From the NCBI GenBank assembly GCA_024648695.1, contig JACAVV010000006.1, positions 164,458-228,457 of the forward strand: DNA of 64,000 nucleotides. Reading direction: 5' to 3'. A program made the position numbers and the translations under genes. Source of the stretch: Nitrospina sp. Lineage in GTDB: Bacteria > Nitrospinota > Nitrospinia > Nitrospinales > JACRGP01. Under the pieces are notes generated by a model. That model was not told the origin of the DNA and did no database searches. It saw only the letters and a list, made by a program, of their open reading frames with translations. Positions 20,664 to 31,172 of this stretch are shown one piece after another (positions within the stretch are counted from its first letter, which is position 1; the number at the start of each line of letters is the position of its first letter).

Positions 20664-21459
20664 TTTCCTTACCTAACAAGCTTGCGAGTTTTTCTGAAAT
20701 ATTCTCCGAACGCATCAAGCTTTCCCCTACCAAAAACGCATGGGCTCCCCGCCCTTCAAATTCCTCAATTTCTTCCCGCCCGTGAATTCCGCTTTCACAT
20801 ACCAGAATCACATTGGGGTCGTAGGATGCCATTTTGATCAATCGCCGGGCTATATTGAGATCCGTTTTGCCAGTTTTCAAATCGCGGTTATTGATTCCCA
20901 GCAAATGGGCACCGGCATTATAAGCCATTTCCACATCCTTCTCATTATGAGTTTCCACCAAAGCGGTCAATCCCAATTCCTTACCCAGACAAAGAAGATC
21001 GGAAAGCTGATTTGGATCCAACCAGGTGGCAATCAATAAAAATAAATCGCCTCCAAAAGCTCTAGCTTCATACACCTGATATTCAGCAAAAATGAAGTCC
21101 TTGCGCAAACAGGGAATGGTCACCTCAGCCTTGACTTTGGAAAGGTTCTCAATATCCCCTCCAAAATAACGGCTTTCAGTCAAGACAGAAATAGCGGCGG
21201 CACCACCTTCATCATAGGCTTTAGCGATTTCCAGAAGATCAAAGTTTTCGCGTAGCGCGCCTTTGAACGGACTTCTTGGTTTGATTTCTGCAATCAGGCG
21301 CGTTCCCGAATCCTCTCCAGACTTCAAAGCTTTGCTTACATCTAAAGTGGGTTCGCGCTCTGCAATAGAATCCTTCAATTGGGATAAAGAAACTTTACGG
21401 ATCGTTTCCTGCAATTCCAGCTTTTTGTCTGCGAAGATTTTATCAAGGATATCACTCAT
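20644..21459 (-). CDS. trpC: Indole-3-glycerol phosphate synthase
   Basis: LIAEIKPRSP, ISVLTE..F.G, LRKDFI, GINNRDL, ESGI, LVGESLM. Confidence 0.97.
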   Translation of the reverse strand: MSDILDKIFADKKLELQETIRKVSLSQLKDSIAEREPTLDVSKALKSGEDSGTRLIAEIKPRSPFKGALRENFDLLEIAKAYDEGGAAAISVLTESRYFGGDIENLSKVKAEVTIPCLRKDFIFAEYQVYEARAFGGDLFLLIATWLDPNQLSDLLCLGKELGLTALVETHNEKDVEMAYNAGAHLLGINNRDLKTGKTDLNIARRLIKMASYDPNVILVCESGIHGREEIEEFEGRGAHAFLVGESLMRSENISEKLASLLGKENEPSSG

Positions 21460-21476
21460 GTCATTTGTCTCAAATT

Positions 21477-22496
21477 TCAGCCACCGTGGCTGATCCGGCC
21501 TAATTCCTTCAATTTGTTTTTAGCAGATCCACTTTGGATCGATTCCCGTGCCATTTCAATTCCCTGCTTCATATCTTCGGCTTTTCCACACACATAAAGT
21601 GCCGCGGCGGAATTCAATAACACAATATCCCTGGGAGGCCCTTCCTTGCCGGATAAAATATCCCGAATGACCTCTGCATTGTGATCTGGGTCGCCCCCTT
21701 TCAGATCCTCGGCCTTACAAAGATTCAGACCAAACTGTTCGGGGTTCCATTGAAAACTATTCACCTGGCCATCGCGTAATTCGCAAACCCGGGTTGGACC
21801 CGTCAAGGTAATTTCATCGAGCCCGTCTTCGCCTTGAACCACCAATGCCCGTGAACTTCCCAGGCGCAAAAGCACATGAGCCAGAGGTGACAACCATCGA
21901 TCGTCAAAAACGCCCAAAACCTGAAACCTGGATCCAGCAGGATTGGTCAAGGGTCCAAGCAGGTTGAAAAGGGTGCGAAACCCCAATTGCTTTCTTACAC
22001 CTACAGCGTGTTTCATCGCTTTGTGCATGAGGGGAGCAAACAGGAATCCGATACCTGCTTCGCAAATACAGCGTTCCACCACAGCCGTTTCCGCATCGAT
22101 ATTGACGCCAAGCGATTTTAAAACATCTGCACTGCCGGATTTACTCGAAACCGCACGGTTCCCATGCTTGGCGACCACAACGCCTGCTCCTGCCACCACA
22201 AACGCAGAGGCAGTCGAAATATTAAACGTGTCTGCACCATCTCCTCCTGTACCACAGGTATCTACGCGGTCGCCTTCCGGAAGGTCCAGGCGTTGGGCTC
22301 TTTTTCGCATGACCCTGGCGGCACCCAGAATTTCCTCAACGCTTTCGCCTTTCATGCGCAGAGCGGTGAGAAACGATGCGATCAAGGTGGAATCGATTTC
22401 CCCTTCCATTATCCGGTCCATGGCAAAGACCATTTCATCTTCTGTCAGGGAATCACCCAGAACCACTTTGTGCAGTAAGGTCTGAAAGTCCATCAT
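21477..22496 (-). CDS. trpD: Anthranilate phosphoribosyltransferase
   Basis: [39 protein letters not shown]. Confidence 0.98.
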   Translation of the reverse strand: MMDFQTLLHKVVLGDSLTEDEMVFAMDRIMEGEIDSTLIASFLTALRMKGESVEEILGAARVMRKRAQRLDLPEGDRVDTCGTGGDGADTFNISTASAFVVAGAGVVVAKHGNRAVSSKSGSADVLKSLGVNIDAETAVVERCICEAGIGFLFAPLMHKAMKHAVGVRKQLGFRTLFNLLGPLTNPAGSRFQVLGVFDDRWLSPLAHVLLRLGSSRALVVQGEDGLDEITLTGPTRVCELRDGQVNSFQWNPEQFGLNLCKAEDLKGGDPDHNAEVIRDILSGKEGPPRDIVLLNSAAALYVCGKAEDMKQGIEMARESIQSGSAKNKLKELGRISHGG

Positions 22497-23076
22497 TTCG
22501 ATAGGTCCGGTCCGTTAAGTCCAAAAAGTTTTTCAACAAGTCTTTTCCATGTTTGGTGAGAATCGATTCCGGATGAAATTGCACTCCCTCAAGAAAATGC
22601 TCTTTATGCCGAATCCCCATAATTTCCTTTTGGTCTGTTTCACTCGTGATTTCGAAATCAGGCGGAAGCGACTCCCTGTCGATGATCAGAGAATGGTAAC
22701 GAGTCGCTTCAAACGGATTGGGTAGGCCATCATAAACCGATTTGCCATCATGATGCACCCAGGAAGTTTTGCCATGCATCAAGCGCGGAGCCTTTACGAT
22801 CCTGGCCCCAAAGGCTTCCGCAATGGATTGACATCCCAGGCAAACTCCAAGAATAGGAATCTTTCCTGTAAATTCAATAACCACTTCCTTGGAAATGCCC
22901 GCTTTTTCGGGAGTGCAGGGTCCTGGTGATATCACAATTTTCTCCGGTTTCATGTCCCTGATTTCTTTCAACCCAATTATATCATTCCGGTACACCTGAA
23001 TGTCGGCACCCAGTTCACCCAGATATTGAACCAGATTGTAGGTGAACGAATCGTAATTATCGATCATCAGGATCAT
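22453..23076 (-). CDS. trpG: Anthranilate synthase component II (glutamine amidotransferase)
   Basis: [35 protein letters not shown]. Confidence 0.96.
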   Translation of the reverse strand: MILMIDNYDSFTYNLVQYLGELGADIQVYRNDIIGLKEIRDMKPEKIVISPGPCTPEKAGISKEVVIEFTGKIPILGVCLGCQSIAEAFGARIVKAPRLMHGKTSWVHHDGKSVYDGLPNPFEATRYHSLIIDRESLPPDFEITSETDQKEIMGIRHKEHFLEGVQFHPESILTKHGKDLLKNFLDLTDRTYRNDGLSDLTAQSGSG

Positions 23077-24563
23077 AAGAGGAGTCCCCTTTCAGCCAGT
23101 TCAATGGCTTTTAGCAAAGCTTTACCTTTATTCATCGTTTCCTGGAACTCGTTTTCCGGAACCGAATCGGCGACGATTCCGGCACCCACTCCCAAAAATG
23201 CGGTTTGGTCCTTGATCACCAGGGTACGGATGGCAATAGCCGTATCCATATTTCCTGAAAAGCCGATATAGCCGACGGCTCCGGCGTACAAACCCCGTTT
23301 ATTCGGTTCCAGTTCCTCAATGATTTCCATGGCCCGGATTTTGGGTGCTCCGGAAACGGTACCCGCAGGAAATGCGGCGCGCAACACATCAAAACAGTCC
23401 ATACCTTTTTTCAGCAATCCGCGCACGTTAGACACAATATGCATGACATGGGAATAACGTTCAATAGTAAAACGTTCATTCACGTTTACGGAACCAATTT
23501 CCGAAACCCGTCCAAGGTCATTTCTCCCCAGATCCACCAGCATGATATGTTCAGCCAACTCCTTTTCATCGCTCAACAAATCTTCAGCCAGTTCCTTATC
23601 CTCCACCTCTGTACCACCTCGGGGGCGAGTTCCGGCGATGGGTCTCACTTCCACCTGTTTCTCTTCAAGACGAACCAGAACTTCGGGAGAGGAACCCACC
23701 ACATGCAATCCGTCGAATTTAAGAAAATACATATAAGGCGAAGGATTGATGGTCCTGAGCGCTCGATAAACGGTGAACGGGTCCTGCTTGATAGAAAATT
23801 TCAACCGCTGGGAAAGGACAACCTGGATCACGTCCCCCTCCAGAATATAATCCTTTGCTTTTAAAACCGCGTCCTTAAATTGCTCCTTTTCAAAATTAGA
23901 TTCAAGTCCAGGAGAAACAATGTCCGGTCCCCCGTTTACGGGAACCGGTTGAGTGACATTCCGTCTCAGTTTGTCCTCAAGCGCGGAGATTTTTCGAATA
24001 GCCTCTTCATAGCAAGTGTCCAGATCCCCTTGATCAGTGTGTGCATTGGAAACGATTTTTATTTTTTGCGCGGTGTTATCAAAAATCAGCAGGGTGTCGG
24101 TGATAACAAACAAGGCATCGGGAATATCCAAATCATCGGTGGTTTCCTCCGGAAGCTTCTCAAAAAAGCGCACCATATCATAACCAATAAACCCAACGGC
24201 CCCTCCCCAAAACCGGGGCAAATCTCTGGATACCACAGGTTGATATTCCGACAAAATGTCTCGCACCGTATCCAGGGGGTCTTTTCCGGTGGCTTCTATT
24301 TCTTGTGCTTTTCCATTTTTTTGCAAAACAACCTTGTTGCCCTTGATGCGAACAATGATGGAAGGGTCGCATCCCAGAAAACAATAGCGTGCCCACTTTT
24401 CACCACCTTCGACACTTTCCAGCAAAAAGGAATAGTCACCATCGCTTATTTTCATATAAGCCGAAACAGGGGTGTCCAGATCCGCAAGTATCTCTTTATA
24501 CACCGGGACCAAATTTCCCTCAGTCGCGCGTTCTTTGAATTCGTTTAAGGATGGTTGATACAT
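23073..24563 (-). CDS. trpE: Anthranilate synthase component I
   Basis: LLES and NPSPYM Trp-feedback motifs, [30 protein letters not shown]; first gene of the trp operon. Confidence 0.97.
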   Translation of the reverse strand: MYQPSLNEFKERATEGNLVPVYKEILADLDTPVSAYMKISDGDYSFLLESVEGGEKWARYCFLGCDPSIIVRIKGNKVVLQKNGKAQEIEATGKDPLDTVRDILSEYQPVVSRDLPRFWGGAVGFIGYDMVRFFEKLPEETTDDLDIPDALFVITDTLLIFDNTAQKIKIVSNAHTDQGDLDTCYEEAIRKISALEDKLRRNVTQPVPVNGGPDIVSPGLESNFEKEQFKDAVLKAKDYILEGDVIQVVLSQRLKFSIKQDPFTVYRALRTINPSPYMYFLKFDGLHVVGSSPEVLVRLEEKQVEVRPIAGTRPRGGTEVEDKELAEDLLSDEKELAEHIMLVDLGRNDLGRVSEIGSVNVNERFTIERYSHVMHIVSNVRGLLKKGMDCFDVLRAAFPAGTVSGAPKIRAMEIIEELEPNKRGLYAGAVGYIGFSGNMDTAIAIRTLVIKDQTAFLGVGAGIVADSVPENEFQETMNKGKALLKAIELAERGLLL

Positions 24564-24568
24564 AATCG

Positions 24569-24610
24569 AAAAGAAAACCCCTCTCCCTGGCTGGAAAGAG
24601 GGGGTTTTTT
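24569..24610 (-). terminator. Intrinsic terminator / possible trp attenuator hairpin
   Basis: Minus strand AAAAAACCCCCUCUUUC-CAGCCA-GGGAGAGGGG-UUUUCUUUU, ending 5 nt before the trpE ATG. Confidence 0.75.
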
Positions 24611-24665
24611 GGTTATCTTAAAGTTAAAATTTTTTTACTATGATGACAAAATAATGGGGCCACAC

Positions 24666-25493
24666 TCACTCAATCTCTTTCCAGTCTTCGCCGTCCCAGT
24701 GCAGGATGATTCCGTTATCTCCGACGGCATACATATTTTCTTCGGAAGTTCCCCAGATGCCGGTGAGATACTCCTCGGTATTGGATTCGATCTGGGTCCA
24801 TTGGTCCCCATCGAGATACATAATCATACCCTCATCCCCGACAGCGAATACAAACTCTTCCGAGGGTCCCCAAACATCCAGAAAAAAGTTCCCTGTACGC
24901 GTGGGCATTTCCGTGACTTCATTTCCGTTGAACCGGTAAATCATACCATCGGACCCAACGATGTATATGTTATCGGGCCCGAAGCCGTAAATGCCGTATA
25001 ATTCGGCATTCGAGTTAATGGTAAGACGCCGCCAGGTATCTCCCTCCTGTTTGAGGATCAGGCCATCAAAACCTACAGCATACATACCGCTTTCTGGACT
25101 TCCCCACAGTCGGGCGATATCCACCTCGGTGTTGGTCTTCATATACTTCCACTCGGAGCCATCGAAGCGGGCGATTTTTCCCAATCGGGTTCCAACATAA
25201 ATCTCGTTGCCGGAAATTCCACAGATACCGGACATGGGAGGAAAGTTTTCAGTGTCTTCGGGTTTCCATTCCTGGCCGTTATAATGGAGAATCTTACCAT
25301 CGGTACAAACCGCAAAAAGGTTGTCGGGCCCGGTTCCCCACATATCCTTGACCGTCCAGCGGCCGCCGGTTTCCATCTTGTTCCATTCCTTGCCATCGTA
25401 TTTCAAAATGGTTCCCTCGGCACCGCCTATGAACACTTCGGATTCACTAAACCCGTAGACGGACAATAAATGGCTCGATGTCAGGCTAGACAT
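24666..25493 (-). CDS. Trp-rich 7-bladed beta-propeller repeat protein, no signal peptide
   Basis: Seven ~39-aa repeats L..(V/I)WG.....(I/V)YAVG..G.IL.YDG..W; 12 Trp; acidic. Confidence 0.85.
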   Translation of the reverse strand: MSSLTSSHLLSVYGFSESEVFIGGAEGTILKYDGKEWNKMETGGRWTVKDMWGTGPDNLFAVCTDGKILHYNGQEWKPEDTENFPPMSGICGISGNEIYVGTRLGKIARFDGSEWKYMKTNTEVDIARLWGSPESGMYAVGFDGLILKQEGDTWRRLTINSNAELYGIYGFGPDNIYIVGSDGMIYRFNGNEVTEMPTRTGNFFLDVWGPSEEFVFAVGDEGMIMYLDGDQWTQIESNTEEYLTGIWGTSEENMYAVGDNGIILHWDGEDWKEIE

Positions 25494-25528
25494 TATTCAT
25501 TCACTCCAAAACTTTTCCCGGTCGGGAT

Positions 25529-26365
25529 TTATAAAGACATATCATTCCACTTGGTTCCATCGTATCGAATCACACAGCCATCTTCCCCCACAGCATATAC
25601 ATTATCATGAGCCAGGCCCCTCACTTTGGTGAGGTATTTATCCGTACAGGATTCCATAGGGCTCCAACTTTTCCCATCGTAATGCAAAATCGTCGAAGCG
25701 TCGCCAACCACAAACATATTTTCCCTTGAGCTTCCCCAGATACTCAACAAATACTCTTCAGTCCCCGATTCCATCGTTTTCCAATCGGTTCCGTCAAAAT
25801 GCAAAATAGTACCATGGGACCCTGCGATATACACGTCATCGGTTTTGAATCCCCAAACCCCGAAAAGAGAAATGGTTTCATCGGTCAACTCTTCCTGACG
25901 CTCAAAAGTTTTTCCGTTGTAAAATCGATAGGTGCCCTCGCCGCCGACAGCATAAATATGGTTGATATCTTCTCCCCAGAAGGCAAACAGGTCATGAATT
26001 GTGTTCGGTTCCCGATACTCCCAGTTTTTTCCATTCCAGAACAGCACACGGCCGCCCACACCAAACACAAAAATATGCTCGGAGTCATAGCCATAAACCG
26101 AATTGAGGGAATCGTAATTACCTGTATCGATTTGTGTCCATTCCTTGCCCTCATAATGAAGCACCACACCTCCGATTCCCACGGCATAAATATCGTTTTC
26201 GTGCGGACCCCAAATGCCCATCAAGGGATTGGTGTTTTCCGTACGTACCGGCGTCCATTCCTCTCCGTCGTAATGCTGGGGAATACCGTCTTTACCTACA
26301 ACATAAATATTATTTTCACTGAACACACACAGGTCCAGCAAGTCGGGATGTTCTCCAACGAACAT
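25529..26365 (-). CDS. Trp-rich 7-bladed beta-propeller repeat protein, paralog of 24666-25493
   Basis: Same repeat consensus, seven copies; 11 Trp; no signal peptide. Confidence 0.85.
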   Translation of the reverse strand: MFVGEHPDLLDLCVFSENNIYVVGKDGIPQHYDGEEWTPVRTENTNPLMGIWGPHENDIYAVGIGGVVLHYEGKEWTQIDTGNYDSLNSVYGYDSEHIFVFGVGGRVLFWNGKNWEYREPNTIHDLFAFWGEDINHIYAVGGEGTYRFYNGKTFERQEELTDETISLFGVWGFKTDDVYIAGSHGTILHFDGTDWKTMESGTEEYLLSIWGSSRENMFVVGDASTILHYDGKSWSPMESCTDKYLTKVRGLAHDNVYAVGEDGCVIRYDGTKWNDMSL

Positions 26366-26416
26366 GAAGTGCCTCTTTCCAAATGAATGAATGGAATCCC
26401 ATTAATGGGTTTTCAA

Positions 26417-26484
26417 TTCCCGTGGCCTGCCACGGAAAGGCATAGGTTTAATCATTGATACTCCACCGGAATTGGTGGAGGTAT
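26417..26484. repeat. Pair of GC-rich palindromes (REP-like / IS200-IS605-end-like)
   Basis: CCGTGGCCTGCCACGG within 26417-26437 and CTCCACCGGAATTGGTGGAG at 26461-26480. Confidence 0.4.
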
Positions 26485-26493
26485 TCAATTCGG

Positions 26494-27387
26494 TCAAGTT
26501 GCCGCGGCTCCAAGCTGAAACACCACTTTTTCCAACTTGGTCAAAGAGGATGAGTTCTTGAACAATTCCTGAACGTCGGGACTGATATCGTTATGAATCA
26601 AAACCAGAGTTTCAAGATTTATCAGTGACTTTGATTCTGCCAATGCCTTTGCACCGGTATCGCCTATTTCCGTTTCATACAGATCCAGAAGGGTGAGGTT
26701 CTTCAACCGCGTCGAATTTGCCAGCGCCTCGGCACCGCGGGTCCCTATAGGATTATATGTCAGGGTCAGTTGTGTCAGGTTTTCCAAAGCTTCAGAATTT
26801 GCAATGGCATCAACTCCGGCGGCTTCAATATAATTCCAGTTCAGATTCAGTTCAGTCAGTTTAGTAAGCGATTTGGAATTGGCAAGTGCGATGGCTCCCT
26901 CATTACCAATATTATTCCGGTAAAGAGAAAGCAGGTTCAAATGGGTCAGTGTTTTGGATTCAGCAAGGGCCTTCGCTCCTTCATCACCCAATTGATCACC
27001 GATCCATAAAGATACCAGACTGCCTAAAGTCTTCGAATTGGCAATTGCTGTGGCTCCTTCCGCCGTTATCTTGTTGTCGCTCAAAATTAATTCCGACAGG
27101 TTGAGGAAATTTTTTGTTTTTGCAATAGCTTTAACCCCAACGTCTGTTACTTCATTTTTAAACAAGTTTAAAACCGTCAGGTTTTTAAAGTAGGCAGATT
27201 CCGCAACCGCGCAAATACCCTTGTCTCCAACTTCATTAAATTCCAGAAACAGGGCGGTCACTGATTTCATTTTATCGGATTCGGCTAAAGCAACGATATC
27301 GTCATCTTTGAGTTCTTTTTCCCTCAGGTCGAGTTCCCCGTTCTCGACGTTATAACTTTCTTCTATTATCTGTTCAATATCTGCCAT
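26494..27387 (-). CDS. Cytoplasmic RI-like leucine-rich-repeat protein (acidic)
   Basis: About nine 28-aa repeats L..LT.L.L..N.IG..GA.ALA.S; no signal peptide. Confidence 0.88.
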   Translation of the reverse strand: MADIEQIIEESYNVENGELDLREKELKDDDIVALAESDKMKSVTALFLEFNEVGDKGICAVAESAYFKNLTVLNLFKNEVTDVGVKAIAKTKNFLNLSELILSDNKITAEGATAIANSKTLGSLVSLWIGDQLGDEGAKALAESKTLTHLNLLSLYRNNIGNEGAIALANSKSLTKLTELNLNWNYIEAAGVDAIANSEALENLTQLTLTYNPIGTRGAEALANSTRLKNLTLLDLYETEIGDTGAKALAESKSLINLETLVLIHNDISPDVQELFKNSSSLTKLEKVVFQLGAAAT

Positions 27388-27738
27388 TCATATATCTCCA
27401 AACTTTGGCGAAGGTGTTGGATTTGATTGGGTTAAACCTTGCATTGTAAAAAACTTCTGAAAATTGTAAAGATTTATTTATAATTTAAGGTATAAATCCC
27501 ACTATTTTATGAAATTTCCCGGTGTTTTGTTTTTATATCACGTATCTTGCATTAAAAAATTTTAATATTTTTTTAATGATTTTTTAATGCCTTTCTTATA
27601 TTTTAAACTCTTTTTAAACTCTGTTTTTTTACATACTTTAGATTCTACCATTTTCTTCAATCCAAAAATGGCCTTTATTTTTTAAGTGCCTTTCTCATTT
27701 TTGTACGAACCTGATACATTAAATATTTTTAAAATATT

Positions 27739-28731
27739 ATGACGCAAAACGTTGAAGAGATCACCGCACGTGTTAAACAAAGTAGCGGCTTTATCCAGGC
27801 GCTAAATACGGAGTTGGAGCGTGTCATTGTAGGGCAGAAAAGCCTTGTGGAACGTCTGGTCCTGGGATTGTTGACCAATGAACACATTCTCCTGGAGGGT
27901 GTTCCGGGCCTAGCCAAAACCACTTCTGTGAAGGCTCTGGCAACCGCCATTCATGCCCATTTCAGCAGAATCCAGTTCACGCCGGATTTGCTTCCGGCGG
28001 ATTTGCTGGGCACTCAGATATACCAGCCGAAAACCGGCGAGTTTACAATTAAAAAAGGTCCCCTGTTCGCAAACATCATTCTGGCTGACGAAATCAACCG
28101 GGCTCCTGCCAAAGTACAAAGCGCACTTCTGGAAGCCATGCAGGAACGGCAAATAACGATTGCGGGAACGGAGTTTAGCCTGGATCAGCCCTTCATGGTG
28201 CTCGCCACCCAAAATCCGATTGAGCAGGAGGGTACCTACCCGCTTCCAGAGGCCCAGGTTGATCGCTTTCTGTTCAAGCTCAAAGTGGATTACCCGAGCC
28301 GAGATGAGGAAAAACTCATTATGCAAAGGATGTCGGACACCAACGGGTTTCCTCAAATTAAGGAAGTGGTCAAACCTGAGGATATTCTTAAAGCACGCGA
28401 AGTGATGAATCTGATCTACATGGATGACAACCTGAACGATTATATCGTCAATCTGGTAAGCGCGACCCGGAAACCGGAAGAGTATGGCTTGCAATCGCTT
28501 TCAGGCCTGATCCAGTACGGGGCGTCTCCGAGAGCCTCTATATTTCTTCACCGCGTTGCCAAAGCCTATGCTTATTTGCAGGGTCGTGGCTATGTGGTGC
28601 CCCATGACATCAAAAGTATTGGAACCGATGTTCTGCGTCATCGGATCATTTTGTCTTATGAAGCCGAGGCCGAAAACCTGGATACCGACGAAATCCTGAA
28701 ACGTATTTTCGACACGGTTGAAGTTCCTTAA
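27739..28731 (+). CDS. moxR: MoxR family AAA+ ATPase
   Basis: LLEGVPGLAKT, RIQFTPDLLPAD, LADEINRAPAKVQSALLEAMQE, ATQNPIEQEGTYPLPEAQVDRF, GASPR. Confidence 0.97.
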   Translation: MTQNVEEITARVKQSSGFIQALNTELERVIVGQKSLVERLVLGLLTNEHILLEGVPGLAKTTSVKALATAIHAHFSRIQFTPDLLPADLLGTQIYQPKTGEFTIKKGPLFANIILADEINRAPAKVQSALLEAMQERQITIAGTEFSLDQPFMVLATQNPIEQEGTYPLPEAQVDRFLFKLKVDYPSRDEEKLIMQRMSDTNGFPQIKEVVKPEDILKAREVMNLIYMDDNLNDYIVNLVSATRKPEEYGLQSLSGLIQYGASPRASIFLHRVAKAYAYLQGRGYVVPHDIKSIGTDVLRHRIILSYEAEAENLDTDEILKRIFDTVEVP

Positions 28732-28748
28732 TCTGGCTGGTTATTATC

Positions 28749-29702
28749 ATGGCTTGGAATCCTATAAAGGCAGTTTTTAATCGGTCCGCTCCCCTGCCCC
28801 CTGCGGCTGAACCGGAAACCGAAGCGCAAATTCCGCCGGACCTGATGGAAAAGATACGTGCCATTCAGGTTCGAGCCAACTATCTGGCTAACGATATCAT
28901 GGCGGGAGAATACGTTTCGGCCTTCAAGGGACGGGGAATGGAGTTCAGCGAGGTGAGGGAATATTTACCCGGTGACGATATTCGTTTGATCGACTGGAAC
29001 GTCACTGCCCGAATGGGCCATCCTTTTATCAAGGAGTTTCGGGAGGAACGGGAACTGACCTTGATGTTGATCGTTGATGTGAGTTCGTCCGGGGATTTCG
29101 GAACGGTCAATAAGTTCAAGAATGAGGTATCTGCAGAACTGGCTTCTATCCTGGCTTATCTGGCAATCAAGAATAATGATAAAATCGGATTGATGGTGTT
29201 TTCAGATAAAATCGAACACTACGTTCCCCCGAAAAAGGGCCGCGGCCACGTGTGGAACATCATTCGCACCATTTTGAATTTTAAACCGCAAAGTCGAAAG
29301 ACGGATCTCAAGGCACCCCTGGAATATTTGATGAGAGTTCATAAGCGCAAAATGGTCACTTTTTTTATTTCTGATTTTCAGGACAGCGGGTACGAAGCTT
29401 CCTTCAAACTGGCCAAACAAAAGCACGATTTAATAGCCGTTTCGGTATACGATCCCAGGGAGGCTGACTTGCCCAATATAGGATGGCTCCATCTTGAAGA
29501 CCGGGAAACGGGAGAAAAAATGTTTGTGGATACCAGTGACCGCGACCTCATGAAGGATTACAAAAAGCGCGTCGAAGCAATTCGGGCCAATCGCAACCGC
29601 TTTTTCAATTCAATCGGGATCGATACTATCGAAATCGACACAGATGGCTCTCTGGTCAATCCTATTCTGAAATATTTCAAGTTACGAGAACACCGGCACT
29701 AA
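28749..29702 (+). CDS. DUF58 domain protein
   Basis: GRGMEFSEVREYLPGDDIRLIDWNVTAR, KEFREERE, DVSSS, ISDF; directly after moxR. Confidence 0.95.
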   Translation: MAWNPIKAVFNRSAPLPPAAEPETEAQIPPDLMEKIRAIQVRANYLANDIMAGEYVSAFKGRGMEFSEVREYLPGDDIRLIDWNVTARMGHPFIKEFREERELTLMLIVDVSSSGDFGTVNKFKNEVSAELASILAYLAIKNNDKIGLMVFSDKIEHYVPPKKGRGHVWNIIRTILNFKPQSRKTDLKAPLEYLMRVHKRKMVTFFISDFQDSGYEASFKLAKQKHDLIAVSVYDPREADLPNIGWLHLEDRETGEKMFVDTSDRDLMKDYKKRVEAIRANRNRFFNSIGIDTIEIDTDGSLVNPILKYFKLREHRH

Positions 29703-30136
29703 TGGCTGAATCATCCGCATTTAAAATTCCGCAGGAAGGGGTCGGTACCAGGACCAAGGTGTTTGTTTTTATTCTGACAGTCGTCACCCTTCTGGTGGGA
29801 ATGGCGCTGATGTTTAAAATCGTCAAGAAATTCATTTCTCCCTCCAGAGAAAATTTTCAAATGGAAAGCACTATTTTACCCCTGGCCGAAAAACTGGAGG
29901 GCGCCGGGTTAAGCCAGCAAGCGATTGCGCAATATCAAAAAGCCCTGAAGGCGCTTCCACTCAATCGGCAAAAGAAGGCTGAAATTTCTTTTAAGGTGGC
30001 TACTCTATATAACGCCAAGGGAAACTGCCAGCAAGCGGTGGAATGGTATTTCAAAACACAGATTATGGCCCCTGAATTTGCACGCCAAAATCAAGTGGAC
30101 TCTCTGATTCAACCCTGTTTGACTCGTTTGAAATGA
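29702..30136 (+). CDS. Membrane-anchored TPR-like protein
   Basis: One TM helix, then TPR-like AIAQYQKAL...VATLY...A.EWY; translationally coupled on both sides. Confidence 0.7.
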   Translation: MAESSAFKIPQEGVGTRTKVFVFILTVVTLLVGMALMFKIVKKFISPSRENFQMESTILPLAEKLEGAGLSQQAIAQYQKALKALPLNRQKKAEISFKVATLYNAKGNCQQAVEWYFKTQIMAPEFARQNQVDSLIQPCLTRLK

Positions 30137-31167
30137 TGGTGTTATTTCGAAAATTCATTTTTATTTTGATTGCCTCGGTATTCCTGTATCCCTCCCCGTC
30201 CTTTACGCAGACAATATCATCCGAAAAGTCCAATCAGAATAAAAAAGAAAATTCCACTACGGGCCCTTTAGAAGTCACTGCCAACATAGATAAACCCCTG
30301 GCAACAATAGGAGAAATAATAACCATCACTCTTGAGTCCCACTTCGACCCTGACCTTACTGTAACTTTTCCGGAATTTCCCCAGGATTTTGAAGGATTTG
30401 ATTTTGTCGACAAGCAACTTGGTAAAATCACTCAGGCCGTAGATAAAAAACAACAGAAAGCCTGGTATCGGTTGCGTGCCGATCAGGTAGGAACGTTTAA
30501 AGTTCCTCCCTTGAATATTTCTTACAGCATGCCTGCCGAAGAGGGTCAACCATCTGTAGAAGGCGAGGTTTCCACTCCGGAACTCAGTCTAAAAATTCAA
30601 TCGGTCCTCAACCTTCAGGGTGAACCGAAGGATATTCGCGATATCAAAAATATTGTCGGGCCCGGTAGAGACTGGACGCCTTATATTATTGGTGCGGTTA
30701 GTTCCATCGTTGCCCTGGTTTTGTTTCTTCTATGGAGAACCAGAAAGCAATCACGCACCACTCAAGCCAAAGCACCGGAACCCGAGGTCCCCATTCATAT
30801 TATCGCCCAGAATGAGTTAAATGCGTTGTTGGCGAGGGGCTATTTAGAGCAAGGTTTATTCCCGGAATTTCATTTCGAATTATCTGAAATATTTCGCAGG
30901 TACCTGGGTGCGCGGTACGAATTCCCGGCACCTGACTGGACCACCGAAGAGATTGCTCCCAAATTGACAGAGCTTGATGACCTGGGTGAGGCGGACCGTA
31001 TTCAGATCCTTTCCATATTGAGGCAATCAGACCAGGTAAAATTCGCCAAAGCACAAGTTGATAGTCAGGCCAGCCGCGACTTGATCGATTCTGTTATCAA
31101 ATACGTTCAAAAAGCGGGTGAACGCGAAAAGCCCAATCCGCTTTATTCCACTCAATCCACCACTTAA
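30133..31167 (+). CDS. Bat-operon membrane protein (BatD-like N-terminus plus DUF4381-like part)
   Basis: Signal peptide, IG..I.I.L Ig-like domain, DIRDIK-TM, LSEIFRRYL, D.VKFAK. Confidence 0.8.
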   Translation: MMVLFRKFIFILIASVFLYPSPSFTQTISSEKSNQNKKENSTTGPLEVTANIDKPLATIGEIITITLESHFDPDLTVTFPEFPQDFEGFDFVDKQLGKITQAVDKKQQKAWYRLRADQVGTFKVPPLNISYSMPAEEGQPSVEGEVSTPELSLKIQSVLNLQGEPKDIRDIKNIVGPGRDWTPYIIGAVSSIVALVLFLLWRTRKQSRTTQAKAPEPEVPIHIIAQNELNALLARGYLEQGLFPEFHFELSEIFRRYLGARYEFPAPDWTTEEIAPKLTELDDLGEADRIQILSILRQSDQVKFAKAQVDSQASRDLIDSVIKYVQKAGEREKPNPLYSTQSTT

Positions 31168-31172
31168 GCGTC

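Noticed and set aside
24555-25001. 148-aa plus-strand ORF across the trpE leader
   Set aside because: It runs through the terminator and is antisense to the propeller gene; no protein-like features.
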